DNA of 62,857 nt, counting the filler, from Collodictyon triciliatum (Eukaryota), in the NCBI GenBank assembly GCA_043381765.1. It is 20 parts of 20 records of this genome, joined end to end, with 100 filler letters (N's around TTAATTAATTAA, not from the genome) between each part and the next. Parts side by side here need not be neighbours in the genome. Positions count along the whole stretch, not along the records: positions 40,952 to 43,995 come from JBHJMP010007868.1; positions 44,096 to 47,139 come from JBHJMP010007869.1; positions 47,240 to 50,283 come from JBHJMP010007870.1; positions 50,384 to 53,426 come from JBHJMP010007871.1; positions 53,527 to 56,569 come from JBHJMP010007872.1; 15 more parts are not named here. One strand, given 5' to 3'. Position numbers and translations under genes: made by a program. How positions within the stretch are numbered: position 1 is the stretch's first letter; the number at the start of each line of letters is the position of its first letter. A model generated the notes under the pieces. It ran no database searches. It was not told the DNA's origin and was given only the letters and a program-made list of their open reading frames with translations. Shown in pieces: positions 41,223 to 54,949 of this stretch.

Positions 41223-43120
41223 CTGTTTTTTTTTAGGAAGGGCGTATGCAAATATTTTAAGGATTAAAAGAACTTTGTCGAGTTTATTTTGGGTGCTGTT
41301 AAAGTCCCTTGTCAAGAATACACTTTGTTTGCTTTCTGAGTGATTGCATTTTTTACATATGAGACATCTATACACCGTTTTTTTGGGGTTTCCTTTCAGT
41401 TTCATACATTCCGGTTCCTTTTCGCAGTTGCAGCACATCTTGGAAGTTCTAAAGTCATCTACACTAACTGGTTCAAAACGTTTGGATACTATTTTTCGTA
41501 ATCCTCTTCCGATTGTTGCTATAAGACGTTTCATCGGAGATTTTCTGCTCCAGTCTCCATACGCCAGTACAACATCCTCGCCAAATGTCTTTTCGATTCG
41601 GTCCATAAACAATGCTTCACTTATTTTTGTATTAACATACTGTCTCCATCTCATCTTTCGAAAAGTAACGTGTTCATAAAATCTGGATAATTCTATCTGG
41701 TATCTTGATTTCATAGATACATATTTTCGAAATTTTTCATAATCGACCGCGCATGAATTATGTTTACTCAGTTCTGTCTCTAAATCGATTAAATATACTC
41801 TTGATGTCTCAAACCACTGATTCTCTTCAAAGGTTACATGACCAAAAGAAATGGCACTTTGTAAACCTATTGTCATGCATGTCCCTAAAGCATTGTACAT
41901 TTCTTTCTTTTTCTCGCGCAAGAGTATTTTGTGATTTTTAAGAGATTTGCTATCACGCCTTCTTTGATGAGCCGTATAATGTAATTTCTTACTGTCACAT
42001 CCACCATGTAAACCAAATTAAACTTGGCTGCATTCACTCCAGCTATATTTTTTTTCCGCTAATAAAGATAGCTGCTCTTCTGAAAGTTCATCTATATAAA
42101 CATGTATTTGAGTATCTTGATTATATTTGAATTTTGAATTTGAAATACCTTTCTTTTCAAATAATAATGACACCGCCAAGCCGTCTGTTTGTATCATGCA
42201 TTTAAAATTGTAGTCTATTTGATGAAAGACCCTCTTCTTCATTTCAAAGAACTCATCCATAGGTCTCTTTGCATCCTAATAATTCTTCATTAATAATGTT
42301 TTTCCAGTTGATACTAATATATATCAAACGTGCAGTATCTAGAGTAATATAATATGGTAAATTGTTAGTTCTTATAGAGATTGATTGAAGCAGTTTGGTT
42401 ACAGTGTCCTCGAAAATGCAATTCATGTAAATCAGATATGGAGTGTACTTATTTGGATTGACTTTGGCGTCATATTCGATACCTTTTACAATATCGCTGG
42501 GAATGATACGATTCAAATGCATTCTAGCCCAATCTTTATATTGTTCCGGTATTTCGAGATTCTTGAAGATGGCTTTTTTTTTTAACTTTCGTAACTCTGC
42601 CTTTTTTTTTTTAATAGGTTCCGTAACGTACTCATCTTTAGGAACTGTTTGATTTATAAAGCGCAGTAACCTCTACAAAAGTGCTACTTAATATTTTTAT
42701 GATAAGCTGTTAACATTTGCTTTGCCAAGTACGATAATACACGAGACAGTCCAACCAACGGAAAGCGTTCTTCTTGGGACAAAAGGAATCGAAAATCATT
42801 GAGATAAAAAGTCATCATTTCGATACTCATATCTGGATGTTTTAAACTTGCAGGTCTATCTTGTGAAACTATTCCGACTGTCTTTAAAGAGTACAAAAAA
42901 AGTTTTCATCGGTTGTTGAGAGTTGTTGTGATTTCAATACGTAACATCTTGCAAATATATAAGTGTCGGTAACCAAATTATGACACAATAAAAGCGTGTC
43001 GTTGATTTTTTCATAGTCATCCGCATTCTTTACAATCGACTTTAGAGATGTTTTCACATTTCGATAGTCTGGTTTTACAGACTTTAGACTCTCAGGCTCA
43101 AGACGGTTTCTCTTCTTCAT
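41175..43120 (-). pseudogene. Fanzor1-type RNA-guided endonuclease, disrupted
   Basis: Fragments 42884-43120, 42684-42896, 42253-42522, 42018-42260 and 41175-41921 carry KTSLKSIVK, IQTDGLAVSLLF, IAGVNAAKFNLVYM, YGDWS..TIGRGLRK, VDDFRTSKMCCNC, CLICKKC and LTRDFNS. Confidence 0.9.
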
Positions 43121-44095
43121 CTGAAATTCTTTGCTTTACATTTTCCTTTAAATAACTACCAAGTTTTCGATTTTAGCAAAACTTTATTCAATCAGTCAAT
43201 TTGATTATATAAAATAAAAAACTGTATTAAATCAAATGTAAAATTAAGCATCTACCGAGACTCTCAAAATGTGCGCATTGTGGCAAACAAACACACAATT
43301 TTTTTTTTAAGTGATTTGAGAGAAAACGCTGAGAGCCGACTCGGCGAGTTCGAAAGGACGGCCGTATAGCCATGGCGACTGAAAGTTAAGATATCGGCCC
43401 CAAACGACATGATTATCGCCGCAAGTGTGGATAGTATGCTTTTTTGAAATGCATGCTTGGTGGCGGATTTATAGGCTGGGTTCTGTCTGGGCCAAGACAA
43501 GGGCTTGTTTGTCATTTTTAATTAATATTGCATAAACGGAAAATAAAATATAAATTGATTACAGGAACACAATGAGATTATTAAGTATTTTAAACCTTAT
43601 CATATAAACTAATCATACTATTATATTGTTCAGGTTGTTTCTTGGATTCATCAAAGCTCCTGCTTTCGTCAACCCAGATTTAATTTAATGGTTGTCTGTG
43701 CAATAAACTGCTATATATGGGTACACTTTCGTTGTGTAATGAGTGTTGTGCCTTGGAAGGATAAAACCAAGCTCGTCACAATCTTTGTAATAAGTTTATC
43801 CATTTACGGACTGAATGAGACTGAAGAAGAAAAGAAAAGAAAAAGAAAAAGAAAAAGAAAAGGAAAAAGGAAAAAGAAAAAAAAGAAAAAAAGAAAAAAA
43901 GAAAAAAAGAGAAAAAGAGAAAAAGAGAAAAAGAGAAAAAGAGAAAAAGAGAAAAAGAGAAAAAGAGAAAAAGAGAAAAAGAGAAAAAGAGAAAANNNNN
44001 NNNNNNNNNNNNNNNNNNNNNNNNNNNNNNNNNNNNNNNTTAATTAATTAANNNNNNNNNNNNNNNNNNNNNNNNNNNNNNNNNNNNNNNNNNNN

Positions 44096-44190
<95 letters not shown>

Positions 44191-45055
44191 GAGGCTGGTC
44201 AACAAAAAAACGCGCGGTTGGGTAGATTGAACTTACGAAGTTGTGCCCTGCATCGAGACCAGCGAGAGCCCTGCAATAAAATAAAAAGTCAAAAAAAGGG
44301 TAGCAAAATGCTTTTTATTTGTTTTTTGGCCTCAGAGCGAAGGGTTTTCGTTTTTATGTACTGCGTTTTATTCGGGCTCGAACGAGATAGGAGCTCCCAA
44401 ACCCTCCGTGGGGAAGGAAGCTAGCTAAGGCCAAAAGCAACAATAAACAACAAAGAAAAGGAAAGAGTGGATGTATGTGCCTTTGTTCCTTGGTTCCATA
44501 ACGGTATGAAGCCCCGTGGCTGACACTTGGCTCTTTAACTAACCCGTGCTTCGCCGGGAGCTTGCTTGACATGAGGAAAAGAAGCCAATACCAAAAGATT
44601 GTTTCCGCTTGCTTGTGAGAATTACCCAAGGATGTTTAGCACAGCTGCGGACGTATTTGAGCCGCGGGCGACCCTTGGGCAGGTAATGCCTCTGCATCAC
44701 ATCACATCACATCACATCTCATCTCATCTCACCACATCACATCACATCACATCACATCTTATCACATCTTCTCACATCTCATCTCATCTCATCTCATCTC
44801 ATCTCATCTCATCTCATCTCATCTCATCTCATCTCATCTCATCTCATCTCATCACAAAGAATTTGATTAAAAAAGAAGCAAAGTTTTTTGTTTGAATAAT
44901 AGTGGCAATAAGGCTTGTGCTCGCCTAAATAAAAGTAGAATTATGGCAGGGTTGAAGCCAGCGAGGTGGGAGCCGGCTTATATGGTAGCGTCTTGATTTT
45001 CCCTAAACTTCAAAATATGCTTTTTCCACCTGCGTGGCGACGTTTATGCGAACTC

Positions 45056-46726
45056 TTACTTAGGAGCGAAGCAGTGTAGTTGTGATAGAATCTTACTGAC
45101 AACATAAAAATGGTTGGAGGGACCAAACCCTATTCCTCGGGCATCCTTTACTTTCAGTTCGTGGATAAGTCCGCCTTGACGAGTGTAGAAAAAAACACGA
45201 CCATTTTCTCTGTCGCTAACCACAAATCCATTATCTGGGCCGCGACACATCTGGCTGCTATCTCCCACGCGTTTGATGTTCATTATTTCCACAACATCTC
45301 CCGATTCTGACAAAGAATGCACGTGCTGCCCACTGTCTGCGAGCACAAGGAGCATGGAATCATATGACATAACAAGAGAAAAAGGCTTAAACTTTTCCTT
45401 GCCGCCAGGTGGTGTTAGTTGAAACTCCTGAAGAATGGTCCAATCGTCCGATGTCTTGTAAACACGTGACTCTCCGTAATCTGGTATGTATATGTAATCA
45501 TCTGCGCCCAACGTAAAATTCTGGATGTTGGTGATTCGTTTGGTGACAAGGTCATCAATATAGAGCCTATTTACATAGTCCCCCTCGGTTGAATATTTGT
45601 GCAGACATCTGTCACTTGAGCTCAAAGCATAAAGATACTCCCCGTTCTTTGTTACTTGGATGTCCCAAGGCGTAAATTTATCCTGTGATATCCCTGGAGG
45701 TGGAGGGAAACAAAATAAGGGAGCCAGAGTCGGAGAAAAAACTTGAATTCGACTATTCATCCGGTCAGCAACGTACACTCTCCCATCGAGTGGATGTATT
45801 GCAAGGCCAACGGGATTGTTCATACAGCCCAGGCTATCACCTTTTGTTCCGACCACAATATCGGGTAGGTCAAGGCTTTTTACGTCACATCTTGGCATAA
45901 AGAAGCTAGTGAAAACCCAATTGCATGTATCAGCAACGGACAAACCAAGTGAAAATGATGTTTTTGGGTTCCACATTATCAAGGAAGGCTTTGGGGTTTT
46001 TGGGATTTTGGTATCGGCTATGCGGACGAGATTAAAGTTGGAGTGAACTGATTTCGTTCTGGTGAGAAGGCCTGTTGACTTTCCTGCTTCTTTATTTGTG
46101 GTAATTTCCTTAAACTTGCATGAGAGAAGTAGCACCTGCGGCTCAATCGTTGATACCTCCTTCATCTGGGACGAACGGTTTCGCTCCAGCTTTTATTTTA
46201 AAAGGATCAAACCAATCGTTTTAGTCAAATGTCTGCAATTGTTTTCCTGATATATTTGATTCAGCTATGTGATTTTTATTTTTGGAATACATTCATTTTT
46301 GTCAAAAAGATTTACTTTATTTTATTAAATGCACCAACAGCATCCTCACCTTTTGTAGGTTGAACGTCTCTCCTTCTTCGATACGCCCTGTAAAATTCAC
46401 AGTTCTACCAATGATTTGTTTGTCTATCTCTTCAAAAAAATCAGCCATCTACATGATTTAATGCGGTGTTTAGATTATGCTGGTGTAATCGGGTGTTAAA
46501 TCACTACTATGGATCGAAAGGAAATGACATGTCCTAGTGATTAGAGAAACAAAGGTTATTTTAAGAGGGCATATAATTTGTAAGGGTTGGTTCGAGGTTG
46601 GAACCTCATAAGTTGAGGGAAACATGCACTAAATGAGAAACTCACTTTATCGCACAAACTCTCGAAGGCTGCGCTGTGTTCTTTGACCTCTTTCAGCCTG
46701 CCGACCACAAGTTCCTTGTCTGCCAT
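45056..46726 (-). CDS. NHL-repeat beta-propeller protein, multi-exon
   Basis: GTKGDSLGCMNNPVGLAIHPLDGRVYVADRMNSRIQVF, YIYIPDYGESRVY and FVVSDRENGRVFFY. Upstream exons are MADKELVVGRLKEVKEHSAAFESLCDK|gt and ~46350-46450. Confidence 0.85.
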
Positions 46727-47051
46727 CTTTCCTGTGTAAGATGGACGCGATCTTGCTTTTGTGTTTCTTCTTCTTCTTATTATTATTATTATCATTCCTC
46801 CTTTCAGTTTTGTGCAACATGGTGGGTTTGTGTTTCTTTTATTATCTTTTGGAAGAGAATAAAGGCTAGCTTTTGGGCTATTGCGATCAACAACAACAAA
46901 AAAAAAAAAAAAAAAAAAAAGAGGGAGAGAGAAAAGAGAAAAAGAAGGCCATCGAATGAAAGAGAAAAATCCTACTTGAAGGGAATGGCTAGATTTTGCT
47001 TCGAAGCAAAGAAAACGTTGCGGGCTTTTGGCGAACTTAAGATTTTTTGTT

Positions 47052-47139
<88 letters not shown>

Positions 47140-47239
47140 NNNNNNNNNNNNNNNNNNNNNNNNNNNNNNNNNNNNNNNNNNNNTTAATTAATTAANNNNN
47201 NNNNNNNNNNNNNNNNNNNNNNNNNNNNNNNNNNNNNNN

Positions 47240-47935
47240 CAGCTGGAGGAAAGCCAGCATCTCCGAAGCGTATCGATTGGAGAGCATACAACGACCCGGA
47301 AGCTGTAGAAGAAATCAGCCACAGTCTGAGGTCTCACTTTAACACACCAGAGGATGAACCGATAGACGCCGACTGGAAGGCTGTCAAAGAGAAGCTCATC
47401 TTCTTGCTCAACGAAAAATCCAGCGAATTCAAGAAAAAAAAGCAACATAGAGAGAAGGACAATCGAAAGAGAAAGAGATGTTCTCATTTCAACCTCTATA
47501 AAACCCTCATCGTGGAGAGAAGGGCGTAAAAATAAAATCGTATCGGTTGAAGATAAACTGATCGCACAGCTATCGGAGGACATCGAAGCTGAAAGACAAA
47601 AATGGGAATCACGACACATCAGGTGCTACGAGCAAATCGACCGATGGTTCTTCGGACTCGGCAAAGAAAAAGAAATGGCGCTCTACCCTCCACTGCCATA
47701 GTCAGACGAGAACGAACCACTGCTACCTGAAGAGATTGGCAAAACCAACATTCAAAACTTCTACGCCGATGTGTGGAAGAAACGAGACTTTCACCGTGCA
47801 ACCCTCGAGCTGGTAACAAACAACTGCTCTGTGGCGAACGAAAAGGAGGCAGAATCCATGGTCAAAAATATTGATGACAGCGAGCTGTGGAGCGCAATCA
47901 AGTCCATGCCGAACCCAAAGCACCAGGCCCTGACC
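47240..47935 (+). mobile_element. Non-LTR retrotransposon (L1/Tx1-type) ORF2 fragment, endonuclease-to-RT linker, degenerate
   Basis: My translation reads RIDWRAYNDPEAVEEI..WKAVKEKL..CYEQIDRWFFGLGK..*..IQNFYADVW..ELWSAIKSMPNP, then (frameshift) KAPGPD. There is one in-frame stop and the fragment ends before the RT core. Confidence 0.75.
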
Positions 47936-50383
47936 TCACAGTAACATGTACTTGCTGATAGGAATGCAGTAAAACACATATCATGGGCTGTAACTTTCTT
48001 GTTGGATAATATTACTTTAATTGTTGGACATGGCCAGGACATATCCGATGGTTGAACCACAAAAATTGAAAAACATGAAAAAACAAAATAAAATGCATTG
48101 GAAATGGTGGCAGCAAAACCTGAAATTTGAACCAGAAGGATGATGCAAAACACTGGACTCTGTGTAGTTCGAATAGAGGAGAAAAGGAGGAAAAGGGGAT
48201 ATACCAAAATGAGCCTTCGCAATGAACGAAACATGGATAGCGGTTCCATTTGGAATAGTAGTTTTTCGCCTTTCAATCCCCAAACTCTTGCTTTCTTCCA
48301 ACCAATCCTTTTTCTGATAGGCTACCAGCCGCTGCAGGTTCGTTACTGTCGGTGCAAAGCAAGATGAAGCTGTTCTCTTCTAAATACCCGAGGTAAATCT
48401 ACTTGCCATATCATTTTCTATTAGAATACGACCGCAGCATCATTTTGCGCAAAATCATATATCTATGCGGTATTTTTTGTAATAATCAGTGAAACATCAG
48501 GTTACCGCTTATTTTGGTCGCTTGTATAAATACGAAGAAATTTTTTTGTAATTGCCGATAGATAAATGTGTGAGATAGTTCAAAGCAGCTTTCGACTTCC
48601 AGCAACGAAAAATGAGCAGTACATCACATAATTGCCTCTTCATCATTATTCTGTTTGGAATTGTTTTTTTTTCATTTATGCTTATAAAAATATAATCATG
48701 AAATAAACCCGACATATTCTCAACATTTGTAGACGTGCTGGGTTATAATGCAATATAGATTATGCAAAGTTACTTGGGATATTCTCAAGACTGTTGTTCG
48801 TAGTGCACCCAACGTGGATTAATATTGGTTTTGAAGAATGTTTCTAATGGTATGTAATATACTGCTAAAAATTTGAATAATTTGCAATCAGAGCTTGTGG
48901 AGCAAAAGATACAGAACTGTTATCTGTATAATTTTTGGTATTGTTGTTCATCTTTCTGGTTGTTGAAACTAATCACACCGGAATTCAAATGATTTAAAAG
49001 AGTACAAACCAAATTCCAGACCTGAACATAACTCAGCTGTCAACCTTATGAGTGAGATATTTAAACATGATGAATCAAGTCCAGAGAGACTCTATTCATC
49101 ATACTTTCTATTCTGGTGTGTATGATTCTATCTAATCATTGAGGTACAGAACATAAAAAAAACTGTCTGAGACACCTGTATTTTTCTTTTGAGGCATAAA
49201 AGCAACCTGCACCGTAGCATGCGCTGTAGCAAGTAGATGTCGACATTTTGATTGAATATAATAAATTTGAAACTTCATTTTAATCTAAAAATGCGATTTA
49301 ATGTATGTTATTGACAAATGATTTAATCACCCACTCGTACGGCACTAATTATTCTACAAAATCTGAAGATTAGATATCAACCACTGAGGAAATAGAAATA
49401 AATAATTTGGCTTCAAACAATATATCCTCTTATGAGACAACCTGCCTGCCCAACTCCTTACTGTTTTGTTTGGGACTACTACTATAAATAAATAAATTTC
49501 CGCATCGAATTTACTGTCATGAAGTGGATGGTAGCATGGAGATGACCCTGAGAAAAAGATTATACATAATACAGGAAAGATACACTACAATACTGCAACC
49601 ATCATAGGCTCCATCGATGAATAAATGAAAAATGTGAATACACTGGCTGAGATTTTAAATAAAACCCCAGAGTCAGTTATGTGTCCTATTTTTTATTTGG
49701 ATAAGTCATAATCGAAAATAATAAAACAGTCATCCTTATGATTGGCAAGAAAAGAATTTCTAAAGCATCCAACTAAATTAAATTTTTAGCAATAAAATAT
49801 CAATGCCTGGCGTTGAGAAATACAGCAACCAAGACATACAGACAGCTAGAATTGTACTCTAATCATATCGATAGTAAAATACATGTCTTTCAATTTCAGC
49901 TAACTTCAAAAAATCACACAATAGAAGCATTATGGCGATGCAGGAATCTGACGCAAACAAGGCCATGAGGAAGTGGGTAAGTATGTGAAATCAAAAAGTT
50001 CTTTCCCCAAAATTATAAAAAGCATGAAAATATATGAGTATCCTCATTTACCGGGATTAGGTACGTAATTATTTTGAAAATAATCATAGACATTAAATAC
50101 ATATGCCTGTATTCGGATGTGCGAATAGTCTATGGGAAAATCTGAACAAAAAACAGCACATGGTAAGGTGTACAACCTAGAATATAAGCATCCGTGAGTC
50201 ATGGGATATGTAAAGCTGTAAAAAAAGAATCAACCACAGAGTATACAAAACATTTTTAGATTACAAATACAAGTTTGCGATATNNNNNNNNNNNNNNNNN
50301 NNNNNNNNNNNNNNNNNNNNNNNNNNNTTAATTAATTAANNNNNNNNNNNNNNNNNNNNNNNNNNNNNNNNNNNNNNNNNNNN

Positions 50384-50416
<33 letters not shown>

Positions 50417-50462
50417 GATGTGCTGCTTCATTTAGTCTAGTCTAAGCTGTTTTGATGCTTTA

Positions 50463-53350
50463 CCGATTCGCTCTCAAGTCCCGTAGCTTCACACAATTAT
50501 TTGTGGCCGTAGTTAAAAAGAGTTCATAAGACTCCTGTGGATGTGATACATATTAAGAGTTTTCACACATCCTAGTACTGAAGATTAAAGGAATAATCAA
50601 CGCTACAGTTATTTTTTTTTACAATAATGATTATAGATAAAAAGAGCAGAAAAGAAACAAGGAATCCGTGATGGCCGAATATTAGAAATCATGCGTATCA
50701 TAAGATTGTCGAGACATAGGACGTTCTACGAGTATGTATAGATATAATGATATGGAAACCTATGTATGGGGCGAGCATGTGCATCAGGTATTTTCTGTAG
50801 TATCGATTTTATGACCATATCGAATACGGTGAGACTCTTATCTGATGGTGAACAAATGACAATATCTTGACGTAGAAAAAAAAACAATCGATTAGTTAAA
50901 AAAAATATGAATGTATAAATAATATGATTAATCATGTTATACAATGCCATACAAGTGCAAGGAATAATAAATAAGTTTTTTTTTCAGCGAAAGTGACCTA
51001 AATGGAAATTTCCTTACGTGATAAAAAGGAATTTATGCATGCAAAGTCTGTGATACTTTGTGCCTCTGATGATAATTTCACAGCTGATATATACTTATTG
51101 TTATTCCGGAACCTGTTTTTATATTTTTATTACATTTATTTCATCGATTTGAGGTATTGTTATATACAAGGATATTAGAGCAAAAACATCCTTTGAAAGG
51201 TGCCATTTAAGATTGCAAGGCTTTCTTTCGCCATTACCGAAGGAGGTCGTCCTTAGGGGTTTCCTCAATCACGTGTTTGTACCCAATCAACTTACTGCCA
51301 CAACTAAGAACACATTTATCCATATAATAGAACTTTGATTGCCGAATTAGGCCTGAAAACTCTGGACTCTCCTTCATTTAATTTTTTAAAGAGTGTAAAT
51401 AAGATTGATAATTAAAAAATATATATAAATAGCTATATTTATGGCCGTACTTGGAGAGTCCGTTTATGTATATGAACATGAGCATTATGTTTTTAAAAGA
51501 AAAGACGGAGAATTCCAATACCCTTGCATCATCTTTTATGTTTTTGGCAACGTATCGAAAAATGACAAATGTGTTAGGATTTCCACTGCCCCAGAGCCGA
51601 ACCGTTCTATCAGCAGAAAATGTCAACAAATAATCATTCTTGAGACTATACGCAACTGAAAGAACCGGGGCATTGCGTCCTATCCATTAAGTTAACAGGT
51701 AGATTATGGACAAGTGGTATAATGAGTAACTTGCTTCGTCCACAATCCAGTGCCACTATATATTGTTGGATACACAAGCAAAAACTGATGAGCTGAATGT
51801 TACTTTATAAAATACCTCAATAATCTGTTCCTTCTCCTTTAAACTTTGTTAAAGGGAGCTTTATTTCACGAGTGACTTTATCAGACCCACAGCTGGTTAT
51901 TCTCTCTGCATTGCCTTGATTGATACAAATCGACAGTATTAAGATTAACTTTCTCTTCCTTTTCTTTTAAAAATCATCATCACACAGAAACATCCAAGTG
52001 AAAGGGAAATAAAAAAGAAAGAAGGCAGTAATATTGGAAAATTTTTCACTTGAATGAATCAGGCGTAGAACGGCGCCGGATTGTGGCAGAATAACAGATG
52101 CCCGAGGTTGAGGGATATGAGGAGGCTCACGATTTATGGGGTACTATTTTCCAGTAAGTTCATTGAATGTCAGATGAAAGAACGCAATATCAAAACATAT
52201 CTCAAAAATCTCATCTTTCTCCAATACATACGATTTTTTTTTCAATTTGAAAATCAGCTATTATTCATTCAGTCGTTGACTTTCCTTTTAAAACAATTTA
52301 AAGAAAAAAGAAAAGATGATTATTATGTATATAAGCCAGGTGTATGTATGTGTGATTAACTCTTTTTTTTTAAAATTTTTTATGTTATTTACTATACATA
52401 ATTAAGTGCTGGTTATAAATGCAAAACCCTGATAAGCCTAATCTCTTTAAAGTTGTCTTTGGTTTCGTTGAGTCGACTGAAGCAGCTACGTATTCTGACG
52501 ACTTCATCCTTGAGTGAAATGTGACCAGGTCTTAACAATCTTTGGAACTTTTTCCTTCATAGTTGAGGAGGTTGAAGCCATACATGCAAAAAGGAGGGAA
52601 AAACAGGTTGAGATTGGGTTATAACACATGTGACTTCTTTGTGTCAATCAGCCAACATGTAAAGAAATATTGCACAATACCCTTATGAATTTACCTCCAT
52701 TTTAATCGTCTTGTAAACGAAATAGGTCATGGGAAATGGAATGAAGAAAAACATAATCATAATGAGTGAGATTAAATAAAATATACACAAGCTCTCCCAA
52801 TGTTACGAAGGGTTATCTTCCGCTTTGGGTCCTGGTTTGACTACAAAATCCGTCATAGGGTAGGAATTGACCTGAAGTGGCTTTGAAGGAAACACTGAAA
52901 TGACTTCGTCACTTTGCTAGATATTACAAGGAGTGTTGAAGTTTTTGTTTATAGTATAGATACAACTAATTTTTTTCTTCACATAGATGCGTTTTTAATA
53001 GATTATTTATGATAATATATTTGTTTAATCGTAAGAAAAAGTAAATATATGAATATACAGTTTGAATAGGATTTGTAGTCACGACGAAGCTAAATAATTT
53101 TGGAAGAAAAGGATTGGCCATGCAGCAAACGCACTTTATTTTAAAAAGAAAAAGACGAATTCATTTTCTTACCACTTTCGAATCCCAGTTATTAATATTA
53201 GTAAACGAGAAAAATGAGTTCCGATCAATATTATCATGACAAACCGACGTGTCAGTGAAGGGACAAACGACATGATTCGATGCAGTAAACCCGACACTGG
53301 GAGATGCTAAAGATGCCGATGATGGTGCTATGGTGATTGAAAGGACGCTT
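50463..53350 (-). CDS. WD40 protein, WDR27-like, multi-exon, partial
   Basis: Exons encode VTFHSRMKSS.Y, LLTFSADRTVRLW, AQSITDFACINSFLS, SDKSLTVFDM..IPDAHARPIH and YELFLTTATNNCVKL.DLRA. The order matches the WDR27 C-terminal half as I recall it. Confidence 0.65.
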
Positions 53351-53834
53351 AAAAACAAAAAAACAAAAAAACAAAAAAACAAAAAAACAAAAAAACAAAA
53401 AAACAAAAAAACAAAAAAACAAAAAANNNNNNNNNNNNNNNNNNNNNNNNNNNNNNNNNNNNNNNNNNNNTTAATTAATTAANNNNNNNNNNNNNNNNNN
53501 NNNNNNNNNNNNNNNNNNNNNNNNNNTTTTTAACACCTTTCCCTTTCTTTTTTTTTTTTTTTTTTTTAGTTTCGATTCTTTTGTTTTGAATTCGACAGTG
53601 AACCATCACACGATTTGAACAGAACCGCCGCCATGAAAACAACAAAGGAGAGCAGCCAAGTACAAAAGGGAAAGAGAAAAGCAGAAGGGCAAGCAGGTAT
53701 GGAGAACCCAGTCTCGCCCATTCCAGCGAGGCAACCTTTATCCTCATGGCCACCCCAAAGCAGAGGCGCGCATCTGCCTGCCTGCCTGCCTGCCTGCCTG
53801 CGTGTGTGCAGCTCCACGCATGATGCGAACCCGA

Positions 53835-54118
53835 CTAGGAGGAAGTGAGGATCACAGCATCTACGGCCACAGAAAAGGCATTGCCGATCGCGTCCTTGAA
53901 ACAAAAACACACCTGTCAACAAGAACCAAACAAGGAAACAAAGAAACAAAGAACGAACCCCAACTCTTGACAGCTTCGATGTTTCAGACTTCGGCTTCCT
54001 GGGTGACTTAGAAGAGGACGACTTGAAGAACGACGAAGATGATATTTTTGGGTCGCTGGGCTTTGGGGCTTGTGGAGCAGGCAGAGAGCTGCTAAACTGA
54101 AGCTGCTGTGCTGCCAGA

Positions 54119-54170
<52 letters not shown>

Positions 54171-54411
54171 GATAAGCATAGTAAGCTTGTTGTTGAGGCG
54201 ATTGCAGATAAGCTTGCGGCTGTTGTTGCTGTTGCTGCTGTGGATAAGCATAGTACGCTTGTTGTTGAGGCGATTGCAGATAAGCTTGCGGCTGTTGTTG
54301 GAGTTGCTGCTGTGGATAAGCGTAGTACGCTTGTTGGGGCGCAGACGGATAAGCGTACGGGGTTTGTGCTGGCATGTATTGCGGCGGTTGGTTGGGTGGG
54401 AAGTGCGACAT
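53835..54411 (-). CDS. Gln/Tyr/Pro-rich low-complexity protein
   Basis: ATG at 54411. A 24-aa unit QQAYYAYPQQQxQQQPQAYLQSPQ occurs about 2.3 times, followed by polyQ and a Ser/Lys-rich segment. A likely intron (~53895-53965) would give the end DAIGNAFSVAVDAVILTSS*. Confidence 0.6.
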
Positions 54412-54949
54412 CCTTGTGGATCTGCGTGTGTGTCGTTTGCTTTGTGAACTTTCTTTTAAGCGCCTTTGTTATTTGTTTATGTTTCTACTTCGTTGATTGA
54501 ATCTACAGTTTGTTGGCGATAAGCTCACGCTGCCTCTGCTGTTCCTGCTCGTCATCCCGATTTTGTTTTGTCTTTTCGTTTGTGGTGACAAAGAAAAAGG
54601 GACACTATATTTGACAGGTTGGATTTCGCAAACGAAGCCTTTGTGGGTGCATTGTTTTGAATTATTCTATTTTCAATGCACACACTAATTATTGTATATA
54701 TTTTGTGTTCCTCTGGTAATGAGTTCCAAAGATTGGAGTTTGATTATCACAGCAGGTGTAAGATTTTAGTTTGACTATTAGTCAATAAGCTGTGTGACTG
54801 GCTGAACGGACAAAATTACTCTGTTTCTCTCTCTTTTTATTTTTATTTATCATGCGAACGAAGAAAAGCTCGCAAACATTGTCATCATATCAGGGAGCAC
54901 ACAAACAGACAATAGAATGTTCATTTATTCCTCTCTCTCATATCTTTAG

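Larger units (their letters stand above)
41105..43827 (-). mobile_element. Fanzor-carrying transposable element, copy 2
   Basis: Reverse-complement homologue of 19011-21724 including the upstream module. It ends in CTAG (41105-41108) and abuts a (GAAAAA)n tract at the other end. Confidence 0.8.

Noticed and set aside
48300-50283. Possible minus-strand exons in AT-rich sequence
   Set aside because: I could not assemble a consistent reading frame or recognise a domain.
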